Assembly (NCBI GenBank): GCA_051294375.1
Contig: CM119269.1
Span: 14,180,552-14,244,551, forward strand
DNA from: Paraspadella gotoi
Taxonomy: Eukaryota > Animalia > Chaetognatha
Reading direction: 5' to 3'
Length of the DNA stretch: 64,000 nt
Shown: positions 19,609 to 33,140 of the stretch, in pieces
Numbering within the stretch: position 1 is the first letter of the stretch
Layout: each line of letters begins with the position of its first letter
Translations under genes and position numbers: made by a program
The notes under the pieces: generated by a model
The model's input: the letters and a program-made list of their open reading frames with translations, nothing else
Told to the model about the DNA's origin: nothing
The model's database searches: none

Positions 19609-21192
19609 AGGCTGACAATGATGACGAAGCCGATAAAGGGACGATGTTTATGAGGCTGACAATGATGACGATAGTCGATGCGTTTTTATTTTCCTCTTCA
19701 CCGTCGTCGGCGCTGGTGTCGCTCTCGTCGAAAACGCGTCAAACAAAAGTCATTCGAGAGAGAGAGAGATAAAACTGAAAAAACAAAAGCGCAAAATGGG
19801 GAGGAACATTAAATTATTATTTTCTCTATTAAATNNNNNNNNNNCTGACAATGATGACGATAGTCGATGCGATTTTATTTTCCTCTTCACCGACGTCGGC
19901 GCTGGTGTCGCTCTCGTCGAAAACGCGTCAAACAAAAGTCATTCGAGAGAGAGAGAGAGATAAAACCGAAAAAACAAAAGCGCAAAATGGGGAAGAACAT
20001 TAAATTATTATTTCCTCTATTAAATTATTATTATTAATTTTTTTTTTATTAATCGAGGCTTTGGTTGACGTCACCGTCAATTGATTCCTAAAATATGATG
20101 GTTTAAAAAAAAAAAGTTGAAGGCGGCTATGTAGGCGGCGTCGGCGATGTCGGCGGCGTCGGCGGCGGCGGCTGCTGCTGCGGCGATGGTGATGGCGATA
20201 AACGCCGAACGCAAATTTGTTGATTGGAGATCGAGAGGAGATTGGGCTGGCGGGGGGGGGGCGGTTTCTGGGTTGACGAGATGGCACGCCCATTTGGTTC
20301 GTGTCGTGCCATCAATATTTCAGACTGTTTCAGTGATTTTCTTTTGATATTTTTTTTTAATATAATACGTACGACGGACTTTTACTTTAAAACAACCAAT
20401 TAAAAAAAGTATCCATTCGTTCAATAGTAAATAAGCTCACTTGCCCATTTTGCCTCTTTGAGCAGATTATGAAAATTGATAAATTACTCTTTTCACTATT
20501 TTAAGTTTTATAATTTAAAATATTTATTCTAAAGTTTAATATTTATGGATAATTTTTATATTGGTTGTACCAATTTTATTTATATATTTTTTTATTATTT
20601 TTTTATTAGCTTGGTTTTTCATAATATTAGACTAAAAACTAATGGACCGTTATTGGGAGTGGGTTGTTAATGTCGTCTTTTGTTAGCCATACAGTCTCGA
20701 CTCCCAGGAATTGAATCCGGAAGTCTATCTCAATTTCCAATTTATGAGCAGAAGAACAGAGGTTTTGTCGACCGGAGGCGTCGCTGGAGTCGAGAAAAGA
20801 TAGAAACTTTAGCTTAAAATGTCAAGATGGCTTTTTTCTTGTCATCGCCATTCGGACTGTTTTTGTCGTTGTTGTCGTAGTCGTTGTCGTTGTCTTTCGA
20901 GTCGCGTTAATGAAATCGGAGCAGAATAAAAAGGCAGCGAACTCATGTTGAACCTTTTCATTTGTTCGCGGTTAAAAGAGTGTGAAGAAAAAATAAATAA
21001 ATGAAGCAGGAAGACGCGAGTGAAAAGGGGAAAAACAAAAGTGCATCCAAAGTCTTATTTTAAAGCGAGGATAGTTTTTAAGTGCAACCAAATATGAAAT
21101 TAATAAATGTGATTGAAAAGAATTCGAACGATCGATACTACGAATGTGTGCTAAAAAAGTTTAATAATCATGTTATAAAAGCATTTATTTCG

Positions 21193-21302
<110 letters not shown>

Positions 21303-23159
21303 ATAACAACAAAATATACATTATTATAAAATTGGAAGAAAAATTACGTAATAGGGAGACAGATCGACTGCCCGGCAGATAGAAGGATCGTGCATCGTGC
21401 CCACATCTGCGACTCGACAAAAGATGAATGAAAACGTAAAATATTTAAGTGTTCATGAATCGGAAAAAGTAATAAATAACAGGAAAATAAACGTTAGAAA
21501 ATATTTTTTAACCTTCATTTCATTTTTCCAAAAAAGTGTGGATATTAAATTGAATATATAAATAGATTAGAAATAAACGTAAAAGACGATATTAAATATA
21601 CAGATTATAGAACAAAATAGAACAAGGTGCAAGTGGATAACAACCAGTATGTTGGAAAAGTCACCGGCGTAAAAAGAAATTTGTCGTCCGTTTCGTTTCC
21701 GAGGATAAAGAAGGAACGAATTTCGATTCCGATTAAATTTCCGGATGAACGAAAAGAAAAATTAATGAAAAGACGAAAAAAGACAAAAGAAAAGAACAAT
21801 GCCAATGGGAGGTATTTTTGAGAAAGTTGAGAATAAAAATTCGCGAAAAAAAAATAAACAAAAAGAACAAAAAGAAATACAAGATGGCAAACAGAAAAAA
21901 AAAAGGAAGGGAGATACGTTTTCCTTTAGGCTGAAAAAAATGTTTGTTTTTTTTCTGTTTTGTTGAGAATTGTAAGTCGTATTTTCTTCTTTCTTTCTTT
22001 CGGGTTAGGTTCCTTCTCTTTTTTTTCACAACACATATATATTTTTTCCACTCTCGAAATATTTTTTTCCTTCTTTACGCAACATCCATCCTCAGTGAGG
22101 ATTCCTCACGCTCGCAACTCCAAAGACGCGGACGAGGTTGATATTCGCGTTTCTTCGCGTCACACGCACTTTGCCACCTCTTTATCGCGTCATGGGGACG
22201 AGTGAGAGAGAGAGATCGAAGAGAGAACGAGAGACCTACTTGAGAAGAGAGCGAGAGAGAGAGACGCTATGAGAGAGAGGAGAGAAAGAAGAGAGCGAGG
22301 AAGTTACTAGATGCCGATATCTGTGAACCGAAAGTCCATATCTGGTAGAACGAGACGCCAAGTGAAAAAAGGGAGCAAAACCACAAAAAAACTATTAAAA
22401 AAAAAAAACTAAAAAAAAAAAAAAAAATAACAAAAGACTCTCGACGAAAGAAAATCGAGAAAAGCCGCGTATGTATTAACAGATGGCACGCGATGTTCAA
22501 ATCAGACAAATGAACACAGCTTTCGATTTTTTTTTTTTCGAGAATCAATTGCGAAGAGGTTGCCTAGCGACGGAGAGTGGAAATATAAAAAAAAAAACCT
22601 TTTGAACATGACAGCGTTTCAAATGCAAAAAAAATAAAGAACTAACTCAATTTAAAAAAAAAAGGAAAAGAAGAAAATTGAATCGTCGAAGTCAGAGAAT
22701 GAATAATTTAATCGAGATAAAATTAATTATAAAATTGAATTTTTATTTCGCGATTAAATTAGTCGAATATGTACGATTAGATGGTTAAGTAGAAATTGAG
22801 AATTAATAAATTCCGTCGTGATTTTTGGTATCGTTTCTTGCGTATCTCTGTCGTCGTCGTCTTCGTTGTCGTCGTCGTCGTTGTCGTCATCGTATTCGTT
22901 AAAGTATCAATTCTCTCAAAATCTAATTAACAAAATTACGTCGTCAAGTGACTTTACAAAGTTGGCGTTAATTACCTTTGACGGAAACGCCTACGCATAA
23001 AGGCGAATCTTCAAAATATCTTTAGCCTACATATATGTAGGCTAAAGATCTTTTAATCTCCCTAATTACAGTTTTGAATCAATCGAAAAACGTTAAAAAA
23101 AAATGTTTTATTTACATTTAAAAATAATTTATAAATAAGTATAAAAAAAAACTGTGATA

Positions 23160-23480
23160 TTAATCGCGTTCGATCCGCCGAGAGAAGAGCGAAATGCCAA
23201 CTTCCGATTCGCGCCGACGCCACTTCCGGCCACGTCCGCCCACGCCATCGCCGCGCCGGAAGTGGAAGTGAGATCAGCTCAAGAGGCGCCGCCGTCGCCG
23301 CGTCTGTCGCGCGCGCCATCTGTCGCGCGCTAAATCGACGCGGCGTCGGGCGGTGTGAGTCTAACTTGTTGCGATCGTCTCGCGCGCGCCAATAAATAAA
23401 AAAAAAAAAAACCTCGCGCGTTCAATTTCTCGTCTACTGACCAATTCCAGCGCCATCTTCCGTCACGAGAGACGACAATG
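23160..23480. promoter_or_regulatory. CpG-rich promoter-like island upstream of the + strand orphan gene
   Basis: ETS-like CACTTCCGG (23221) and CCGGAAGT (23256), YY1-like CGCCATCT (about 23314 and 23451), high CpG. Motif-based inference only. Confidence 0.5.
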
Positions 23481-26400
23481 AACCGACAACATGGCGGCGT
23501 CGGTAGAGGAGGTCGACGGAAGGAGAAGGCAAAGACTTCGAGCAGAAGCGTCGCCAATTTAATGCAGAAGTCGACGGCCAATCAGAGTCAGGTCAAGTTG
23601 ACCTTATGGTTCGTTTTGGAAAGTGTCGCCAGTTAGGAGGAAATGGAGGCATGAATGAATGAATGAATGAATGAATGAATGAATGAATGAATGAATGAAT
23701 GAATGAATGAATGAATGAATGAATGAATGAATGAATGAATGAATGAATGAATGAATGAAAGAAAGAATACTGGATAAGTTTTGTATTAGTTGTATTAAAG
23801 TGAGCGTAATTCGTGAGTAAAAATTAAAAAAAAAACACAGGGAAATAAATGGTTGGACAAGTTAGAGAAAAGACTTTAATTGACAAATCTTATAAATTAT
23901 TCATTTATTCATTGTATAAGTCTCCTCACTTTCGGGTAGGCTATCATGTTTCTCAGTCCATTTATATGCCCATGTTATATGCCCATGTTTCTCGGTCCAT
24001 TTTTATGCTTTATATGTTTTAATAAAAATTGATTGAAAGCGTGAAAATTCTTTCTCCTTTTTTTCCCATCATGTCAACATAAATCTTATCCTTTAATATA
24101 CTTTTCCATATGTATATTATACATTGTACAATCGTACGCATTCGATATCCATGCGAACGCAAAACCCAGATAAGGTCGACCGCTTTTACCGATTTTATTC
24201 GAATACGTCAAGTCAAGGCTTTTGTTAATTCGATCTAGCCAACGCCATCTACCGTGTGCTAAGTATTTTACGTAACCATTTTTCTCTAAAAAACAACATT
24301 TGTTTACCACAATGAATTAACTACTGGCGAAAGCGAGAACGAGAGAAAGCAAAATAGCATTAATATTTATAACGATTGCCTTTTTTTTTGTTTTTTTTGG
24401 TTTTTTTTCAGGTGAAACACGTGACGCGCCACATGTCGAGCGGAACCGCGGGAAAAATCGATTTTAATTCGCTGACCATCGTGGCGGAGGCTAAGTACGT
24501 CGCCCTGCACCACGACTCGGAGCAGGAAGACAACGTCGCTCAGGTGAGGTGAATGTGTGGAATCAACACAAAGTTGAAAGAGAGCAAATGACATACTTAA
24601 TAAATGAATTGCACCGTGACAGCATGACAGAGTTAGATAGACAACGTTTCTCTGTTGAGGACATTAATGGACAAAGACAAGTTAATTGCTCAGAAACGTA
24701 CCGAGGCAAAATGAAGTCAATTCCTGAACCAAAAATGATAATTAATTACGAAACAACGTTAAACGAAACAAAGTAAAATGACATAAACAACAGCATGTAG
24801 TCACAACAACAGTATCAAATGATTTGCATCATGTCATGGAACGGTTAGATAGAAATGGAACGGTTAGATAGAAATGGCAAGTAATGATACGTCCTTTAGC
24901 AAAAATAATAATTGCGAATTTAAGGATGCGTAATGACGACTTTAAAAAAACAAAAAAAAAACAACAACTTTCGTTGAGAATCATATTTGCGGAAATCAAA
25001 CAGAAAAAAATATCATCTCTTTTGCAAGTGACAGGAAAGGAGAAAAAAAACCGACTTCTCCATCGAAAATTAAGTCAAAAGACGGGAAGTAGTTGGCCTT
25101 TAACCCGCTTTTTCTCCTCCTCCTCTTCCTCTCGTCAGACTTCGCCGGAAACGGACGCCACGCCCACCGCCACGCCCACCGCCCCTTCGCCGCAATCCGC
25201 GCGCAAACTCGTCACCTTCGAAGCGTCGACGGATGGCGTTGCCGACGACGAGAGACGCCCGGGTTCGCGCCCGGCGTCGTCGTCCGGAGCGTCATCCAAA
25301 TCGGCGGCGTCGTCGGCGTCTCGGGCGTCGTCGTTCGACGTCAAGGCGCGTCGACTTCGCGGCGTCGACGTTATGGCGAGATACGGATTTCCCGCCGCCG
25401 TGTATCCGCTTGGTGAGGGTTAATTTGTTGTTGTTGTCGTCGTCGTCGTTATCATTGTCGTCGTCGTCGTTATCATTGTCGACGATGTTGTTATCTTTGT
25501 TTTTTTAGTCCTTGTAGTAAAAATATTTAAAATTTATAGTATTTATAATGCTTGTACCGTAAAGAAGTAATTGCGCTTCCTAATTTATTTAACTATTTAT
25601 AGTGTTGTTTTTTTTCGGGCTATGTATATTTTTATTTTGATTAATTTTGTTTTCTACCAGTTTAAATTTTGATTTCATTCCGAGTTGTGAGTTTTGAGTT
25701 ACTCAGCTCAGTTTAACATCTTATTTATTACTTTTTTTTTACTCTCCTTCTCTTCCCTCCAGATGTTTTTTCGTTTATTTATCCCAGGCTTTTTTTCACA
25801 AAATCCGTGATTTAAAACTTTAAATACTAATTTAACATTTTCCTGACCATTAACTACGATTTTATTCATTAAACTTTATTTACATATATCATTTTAGAAT
25901 TCAAGATTTTCAACGTTTCATTATTTTTCTTCTTTTTTTATCGTTTCCGCCAATTCCACTTATACTAATTCCACTTATCCTAATTCCACTTATCCTAATG
26001 CCACTTATCCTAATTCCACTTGGATTCCAAATTCCAGTGATTCCGAGTTTCCGCCGGGAAATCGGCAATGACGTCATCGTGGCATCGAGATGCAGTTCGG
26101 CGCCAAACAGAATCACGAGAGATACGGGTGAGTCACCGGTTTTTGTGAGGTTTAACGGAGTTTTTGGCTTTGTATTTATTTTTGGGTTATGCGTTTCGCA
26201 AGTTATATACTTTTTTCCTAGATAATATAACACACAATTCGAACCAAGATAGAGGCTCACCCTATCGCCAGCGAACAAAACCTATGAGTCATGAAGTGTG
26301 TTCATATTGTTCATACTGATCACCTAACAGTGTTCACAGTTCACTGTTCACTGAACCGGTTTTTGTGTTTCTCGTGAAAATCGAGTGAAGACGATCATCG

Positions 26401-29115
26401 TCGTGAAAATACAAATCTATAAATATAACTATTTAATAAATGTTGAGCAAATGATGGAAAGAGGAAAGGAGAAAAAAAGAAAACATCCTAAAACTCAAGA
26501 AAAGGACTTAAAATGGAGGCAGAAAGAAAAGGAAAGAAAAGTTACATCATGATTTTAAAAGTGAGGGAAATATGTAAGAGGATGAAAACTGGGTACAAAT
26601 CAAGGACACCGAATTTTAAATGCAGAAAACCAACCGGTTGAAAGAGGTTAATTAGAGTAAGGTACAAAGTACCTAAGTAGAGAGAAGGTACAAGGTACCT
26701 AAGTAGCAAGAATAATGGCACTCGATTAACGAAAAGAACAAAAAATGGAGGCGTTGATTTTCTTTTTTTTTTTTTGTAAACGCCATAGGAAAATCAGTTT
26801 GAGGAACAAAAATTAAAAAAAAAAATTAAGTAAATTGAGCATTCATTCAAACCGGTTAAAAATTTTAAAAATTCAAGAAAGCTCAGCTCTTTTTTTAGCA
26901 TGCGTTATTTTCGTCCTCGCCCCAGCCGGTTTTAACAAAACGGTCTAAGAAAAATAGTTGTATCAGGTTTTACGAAAAGATAAGAAGAAAAATAAACATA
27001 AATTCTCTCAGTTCTTTTATTAAATAAGATCAAATTGGGGTGGAATATTTACACCGCCACAAATCCCGCTTCTTGGCACAGTGGGTAACACTCTATCCCA
27101 AGCGCTGGATTCAATCCTGATTCCATCGTCCGAACGACTTCCCTCTGCGTTCACATAGCGAGACCCTCCTATGGTAACCGCGCCAATGGTAGGCGGCGCC
27201 ACTGAGGGACTAAAGCCTCTAAAGCGAACAGCCTCATCCCCATGGGCATCACAGGCAACCCGGCTGTTGTTATAAAATCTTTTTTTAACGCCCGTCCGTT
27301 TCTCGGGTATTTTCTCGAATAGACGTTAAATTGTCGACGCCCGATCAAGCCATGGAAGTACTATAACAAAATTGACAGTAGCAGTCAGACAATCAGCAAT
27401 ACAACAGTCGAAAACAGTCAAACAGTCAAGCTCTTCCTCCCCCTTCCTTCCAGACGCCAAGAGTTACAACCCAGAATCGAAGCCTCAATCGAAACCCGAA
27501 GCGGAAAACAAAACGATCGATGCGAAGCGACGCGAAGCCGACGACGAACGCCGCTCCGAACACTCGGCGCAGCTCCAGCTGCTCTGCGACCGACTCGAGA
27601 ACAACCTCAAGGGAACCAAGTTCCAAAGCTTCGCCGAGGTGAGGCGAATCTTCCTCTCGAGGCCAACTTTGGTTTTGTTTTTGTTCTTTTTTTGAAGTTT
27701 TGGAAGATCGAAAGAGGGAGAAACGTGAAACACGCCCAATTTTTACAGCCTGCGCGAAACCTGTTTCCCCCTTTTTTTTTTAACCCCAACTCGAGCTAGA
27801 GAAGTCGTTGAGTCATTGCAAATTGCAATCGTAGATATGGTTGACTCAAGTCAGCGAGAGACCCAACCATTTGTTTTTAATTGAGACGTCGGCGAGGGCG
27901 CGGCGAATGTAGCCTAGATTTATTTGATCGTCCGTCCGTTAACCTGACGCCCAGAGGGTTATCAACCTCGAGGTAATGACGTGGATGTTAAGTGGGCTTT
28001 TATGGTAGGGTTAGATCCTGAATCCTTTGGGTAGCAATGGCGGCGATTTTACCGAATGCGCCAATGACTCGACCAAAAAAAGAAAAAGAAAAAAAAANNN
28101 NNNNNNNNNNNNNNATTTTACCGAATACGCCAAAGCCTCGGCCAAAAAAAGAAAAAGAAAAGAAAGAAAGCTAATCGGCAACGAGTCGTTATTTACGACT
28201 TTTCCCGCTGATTCGATTTTTATCGATTTGTTCCAATCTTCGTCACGATTCTTAAATCGATTTTAGGACGGAGGCCGGGCCTCTCGCCTTACCGCGTCTT
28301 CCGCTGCGACATCTGCCAGGAGCAAAACAAGAGAACAGTCGGGGTCTAGAAGAGAACTGCGCCCCGTCACCGCGCCGTCCACCCTTCAAAAGAAGGTAAG
28401 CAAAGGCCGAATGGAGCTTGAGAAAGATTGACAAGATAAGGTGCCAAGTCGGAAATAGGAAGAGGTTGGTCTACAACCAAATGTTATTGTAGATCGTGAA
28501 CTATGAAAACGACAGATGTTTTACGAAGTTATGCGACTGGATTACAGAATAGTATCAGAGCGGGTGCACTTAATACGCGGCTTTTTTCTAGCACTTAGGT
28601 TTCAATGTTCATTTACAGTATATAAGGTGATAGACAGACGCGGGTCTATTACCCCCTCCTTCTCATTTACCTCTCTTCATCCTCCTCCCAGGGATTAGGA
28701 TACCTTTCAGAGATTTAGATTCTCAAAAAAGCAATATATATATATATATATAATTATATATACTTAGGATTTAGGCATTATGTGAGCCTGTTTAAGAATA
28801 CCGTTACAACAGATCACCTCACCTGCATAGCTGTTTCCTATGTGACTCGCTCATGTTATTTTCCAAATAAAGTTCCAAAAAATGAGAATAATTGACAAAG
28901 AAATAAAACGTTAAGCAACTCATAACAAACTAAATCCAGCCACTTTTACATTCAGCAAGTTTAAATTAAAGGCCTATGTACATTAAAAACAAGAACTGTA
29001 ATTCAAAATGTGTTGCGCCGCAGTGACTACCTTATGACCTGTATTTCTCGTGACCGTGTATTTTTAACATGCTCTGCATCAGAATTCCGTCTTTTATTCC
29101 TTATAGATTTCCTGA
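23478..29115 (+). CDS. Orphan, low-complexity Ser/Ala/Arg-rich protein (~310 aa); exons 23478-23591, 24412-24543, 25139-25412, 26038-26127, 27454-27638, 28267-28395, last exon 29107-29115 uncertain
   Basis: GC-rich exon islands bounded by AG/GT with consistent phases (0,0,1,1,0,0) give one open frame (MNRQHGG...VKHVTRH...TSPETDA...HSAQLQLLCDRLENNLKG...ELRPVTAPSTLQKK). No recognisable domain. Confidence 0.65.
23651..23758 (+). repeat. (GAAT)n microsatellite
   Basis: Perfect tetranucleotide run; one of many simple repeats, mostly (AG/CT)n, plus (CTAT)n near 47205-47315 and (CTTT)n near 63255-63347. Confidence 0.95.
25950..26045 (+). repeat. 15-bp tandem repeat (aattccacttatcct) running into an acceptor site
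   Basis: About five units grade into aattccag|tgattcc at 26037/26038. Confidence 0.75.
27037..27270 (+). mobile_element. Same repeat family (copy 1): tRNA-like Pol III head plus degenerate P5 twister (27149-27229)
   Basis: A-box TGGCACAGTGG (~27073) and B-box GGATTCAATCC (~27107) precede a twister scaffold whose T1 (CCC vs CTA) is broken. Confidence 0.7.
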
Positions 29116-29200
29116 AGGCGTCGCAGTCCCTTAGATTTGAGGGTTTTTTTTCTGTCTTAACAAATGAGCAACCAAATATAGTGAAATTATATTAATTTTT

Positions 29201-29301
29201 AATGCAAGTGGGAAAGACCGACGGACAGACATACCGACCGACAGACCGACCAAAAAGTGACTTATTGAGTTGCTCCGCGAGTATTCGCGGCGCAACTAAA
29301 A
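29201..29301 (-). mobile_element. HINE/DINE-1-like fragment, second copy
   Basis: Reverse complement of the 17929-18060 block (agttgctccgcgagtattcgcggcgcaactaaaa). Confidence 0.7.
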
Positions 29302-30227
29302 GGGAGTTACGACCGTTTAACGATTATTTTTGTAAAAAATTAGAAAACTCCTAATAAAGACTGATTGCACAAATGTCGGTTTTTGTAGCATCGAAAAAAA
29401 GACAAAAACGTCAGTTTTATTTAAGTTTAACTATTTTAGAGATGAAACGAAAAATTCGTTGGAATAGCAATACAATACAAACTACAAAGTTTAACTATTA
29501 AATTAGGATAATCTCCATATTTTTTTTATTCGAAAACGTGAAAAAAACAAGTTGTCGAAGGTTTCCTTGCGCTTTTTTCGAGATTTAATCGGGTCAAAAC
29601 GTAGCTGTTGAAAACAATTACGATTCATTTTTTTGGTGTGGAAACTGATTTCTCTTCTCATTGTTAAAAAAAAAAAAAAAAGAGAAAAAAATTCGTATCT
29701 TAAGGCAAAAAAAAAAAGTAAAAAGAGAGAGAAATTATTATTGCGTGGAAATGTGACGACTCCTGGTTCGAAAACGATCATTGAAGCGTCAGGTTAACAA
29801 CTCGTTTTTCGAACAAAAAAAGAAAAAAAGAAAAATCAAAACCCAATAATTTTGGCGTCGGTGCATCGCGTTTAAATTTATAGCCAAAAAAAAAGGACCA
29901 AATAACAAATTAAAAGAAAATGAAAACAAAAAAAAAAACATAAAATTTCAATGGACCGTTTCATTAAATATTCAAAAAAAAACTAAAATAGAACAAAAAA
30001 AAGGTTGATTCCTTTCGCGTGGAACAAAAATCGAAAACGGGCGGAGATTATAGATTTTTTTTTTATCCGGGCGGATAAATTAATTAAATTGCGAGCGCAT
30101 AAGTTGTAGTTCATTCAAATACTAATGTCGCCGAATTTGTAATTTCTAGGTTTTCTTTATCGCTACTAATTTCACGTCGAGCCTTTTTTTTTTTGCTAGT
30201 CCCCCTTGCTCTCTCTAGTATGTGTAG

Positions 30228-30822
30228 TAAGGCGTAGTAAAATTCCTAAGTTTAACTTTAATTAAAATTCTAAAAGTGAGGAACGAACAACATTATACTT
30301 ATAAACATTTATGTATAAAAAAAATTTATAATAATTTTACAATTTACGCAGTAAGCCATATTTATACTAGTACTAAAGCAATAAATGTATAAAATTTTAA
30401 AACAGTTTTTTCTAAGATTTTTTTGCAGATTTGGATTCGTCATAAAAAGTTGGATAAAAAGAAATAAAACTCTTTTTAAAAAATTCCTTCATTAAGTGGG
30501 TCAAAAATTAGAAAAAGCTATATTTTAAACTGAAAATTAACTTTTTATATATTAAATATAGTTTTTTAAATTTTTTAACCCACTTAATGAAAGAATTTTA
30601 AAAATGAAATATATTTTCTTTTATCAACTTTTGACGAGGAATTCAAATCTGCAATCTAAATTAAGAAAAGCCTCTTTTGAAATTTTTATAAGGATAGTAT
30701 ATATATAAATATAGCCTACTGCGAAAATTAAAAAACATAAAATTAATTTTTTTTTACAAAATTAATGTTCACTGATGGTATGTTGTCATATAATTGACTT
30801 TTAGAATTTTCACTACGCCTTA
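30228..30822. mobile_element. Palindromic MITE with 8-bp TSD (hAT-like)
   Basis: TIR TAAGGCGTAGT/ACTACGCCTTA flanked by direct repeat ATGTGTAG (30220-27, 30823-30). The arms are a diverged inverted repeat nearly to the centre (e.g. gcagatttg/caaatctgc, cattaagtggg/cccacttaatg). Confidence 0.8.
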
Positions 30823-30834
30823 ATGTGTAGTATT

Positions 30835-30916
<82 letters not shown>

Positions 30917-33140
30917 TCTTTAAAAATAACCGGTTAACGAAAAATCGTCAAAAATCTCCCGACGCGTCGAAGTTTCTTTTTTTTTTTCGACGCTAAGGAA
31001 AAAGAGTTCGAAATATTAACGACGGGCACTCGATAGTCGGGCACCTTTCGTACGAGTCGGGCACCTGAAGAAAAAAATCCGAAGGATATCGGGCGTCTGA
31101 CGGAGCTCCTTTTCGTCGGGCGCTTTCGACGTCTCGTTGGGCGTTCACTGTCGAAATGAGAGCGAGCGCTTTTCTTATTAGACGTCAGTCGATGCTCTTA
31201 ACAAGAAGCACTCGGGTTCATCCGAAGACCATTGTGTCTCTCTCTCTGTCTGTCTCTCTCTCTCTCTCTTTCGATCTCTCTCGATCCCGAAGGAAAAAAA
31301 AAGTTGATATAAAGCCACAAATTGTCACAAATTGTCGGGTGTTTTTACAAAAAAAGGTTTCGAGAACGAAAAGAGAGGGAAAACGTTCCGTTTTTTTTTT
31401 AATTAGAATTATCAAAAGTTGTACAGGCAGGTCAAGCTCTAATGGGACTAACTTCAAGTACTTACAGCACAAAAACGGTTTACGAAAAAAAAGGATTATA
31501 TTTGGATTTCTCTTTCAATCGATATCAAAAATGTTTGAAAAATTTCACGGCAACTTTGGTAATTGATGCTTTTTGCATAAAAAAGATAACATGTTATCTT
31601 TTTTTACGCCGTTTCCTTAAAAGACTTTGTCAAAATGAAGGATGGTTAATTCTGACTTTTGACCGCATAGTATTTCTGACTGCAATCCCCCCCGATTAAT
31701 GAAAATGTAGGATAGAGAAGCAGGATGTCCCAGTGGGACGCATCCCTTCCATAACTTTCGACTTTCTGCAAGCGGCAATAGTGGCAGGAATGGCAGCATT
31801 CCCAACGGGCGCGGTAGCAAAGGCATATGCCGCCTTCTCTGAACCTTTGGAGAAGGTCATAATTTTTTTCATTTACCCATCCAAACGAATTTTTAAATTT
31901 AGTCCCAAAAGAGCTGGATTTTTCTATTTTTCTGTTTTTCTTTGGTCTCAGTCGGTAATAACATTTTAATAATGATAAAGAAATGAAACTATGTAAGTAA
32001 ATTCTTAAAACAAATTGCATTTTTTTTTCAATTTTTGAAATATATACCAGCCAGACCTGATGATCTGGTTTTTGTTTGACTGAGTCGTGATAATGACAGG
32101 TGCCGAACTTATGAAACTCGGAGTCATAATTCTCCTCCTGATTTTAAACAGTAATCGTTGATGTTAAGTCGTGCAGAAAAAAGTTAACTCTTCAGTTGAT
32201 TAGTTTTCTCACAAGTTTATCAAAATCCTATCAATTTTCGTCATAGTTCTTTCCAACAATCATAGAAGCAAGATGCATAAGAAGCAGCATTTTTATACGA
32301 AAACATTGTACTTTCAGAAAACGGCGAAATATACAATTAACATAAGAATAAACTCCAAATGAATAAACATCTACAATATATTTAACAAAAAACTCGTCTA
32401 AAATCCTGCTGATATTACTTAGTTGTCATATTATATTATATTATACATTATATTAGCCAAATTTTCGATGACTTACCCAGAACAAAAAAATTACGAATTT
32501 CCCGTAAAAATTGAAAAAAAACATTCAATGTTCGAAGTCTCATCAGTTTCTCCTGTCCCTTATACTCTTTTTCTCCGTTAAAATTTATTTTCATCCAAAA
32601 TATTTTGCTAATTTTATTAGAGTTGGGTTCAACTCCATCCAATTTGTAGATAAAAAAATTTGATAGCATACTTAGCGACGACTCAGTTTTGAAGAAGAAA
32701 AAGTCCAACATGTTTAAGTGATTTCATTGCAAGAGAAAGCAATAAACTTCCTGGTTTGAATTTCGAGTTTTGATTCACGCGCAATACATTTTATCCCACG
32801 ATTTTGGACGCGGAAAGTTTAGACAAGACTTGTAAGATTAATTTATCATTGGCAAAAACAAAATGGCATTCATTGAGTTTGAAGAATCAAAACCTTTTTT
32901 TTTTTTTTTCGTAACTGAGGATTTCTTCATCATTAGTTTCTACGTTTGATAAAACTTTTATTATTTTAATGAAACTCCTCCACTAAGCAACGCCGACTTT
33001 TCTACAAATACAATGATGAATTTATCGTATTAATTGGCATCAATTCTTCGCCAGCCCCACTTTGTAATCAAATCAACATCGAGAGTTCAGTTTTCGTTCA
33101 CAGTGAATACAATCTATGTACAGATGTGAATCTCACAACT

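Noticed and set aside
19610-20015. Tandem duplications flanking N-gaps (also ~6410-6510 and ~28045-28165)
   Set aside because: Near-identical sequence on both sides of a gap is typical of unmerged contig or haplotype overlaps.
32512-32556. Minimal hammerhead-like string on the minus strand (GAGAAA CTGATGAG ACTT CGAA CATT..ATGTT)
   Set aside because: The GAAA core lacks an A, stems are weak and AT-rich, and there is no second copy; likely chance.
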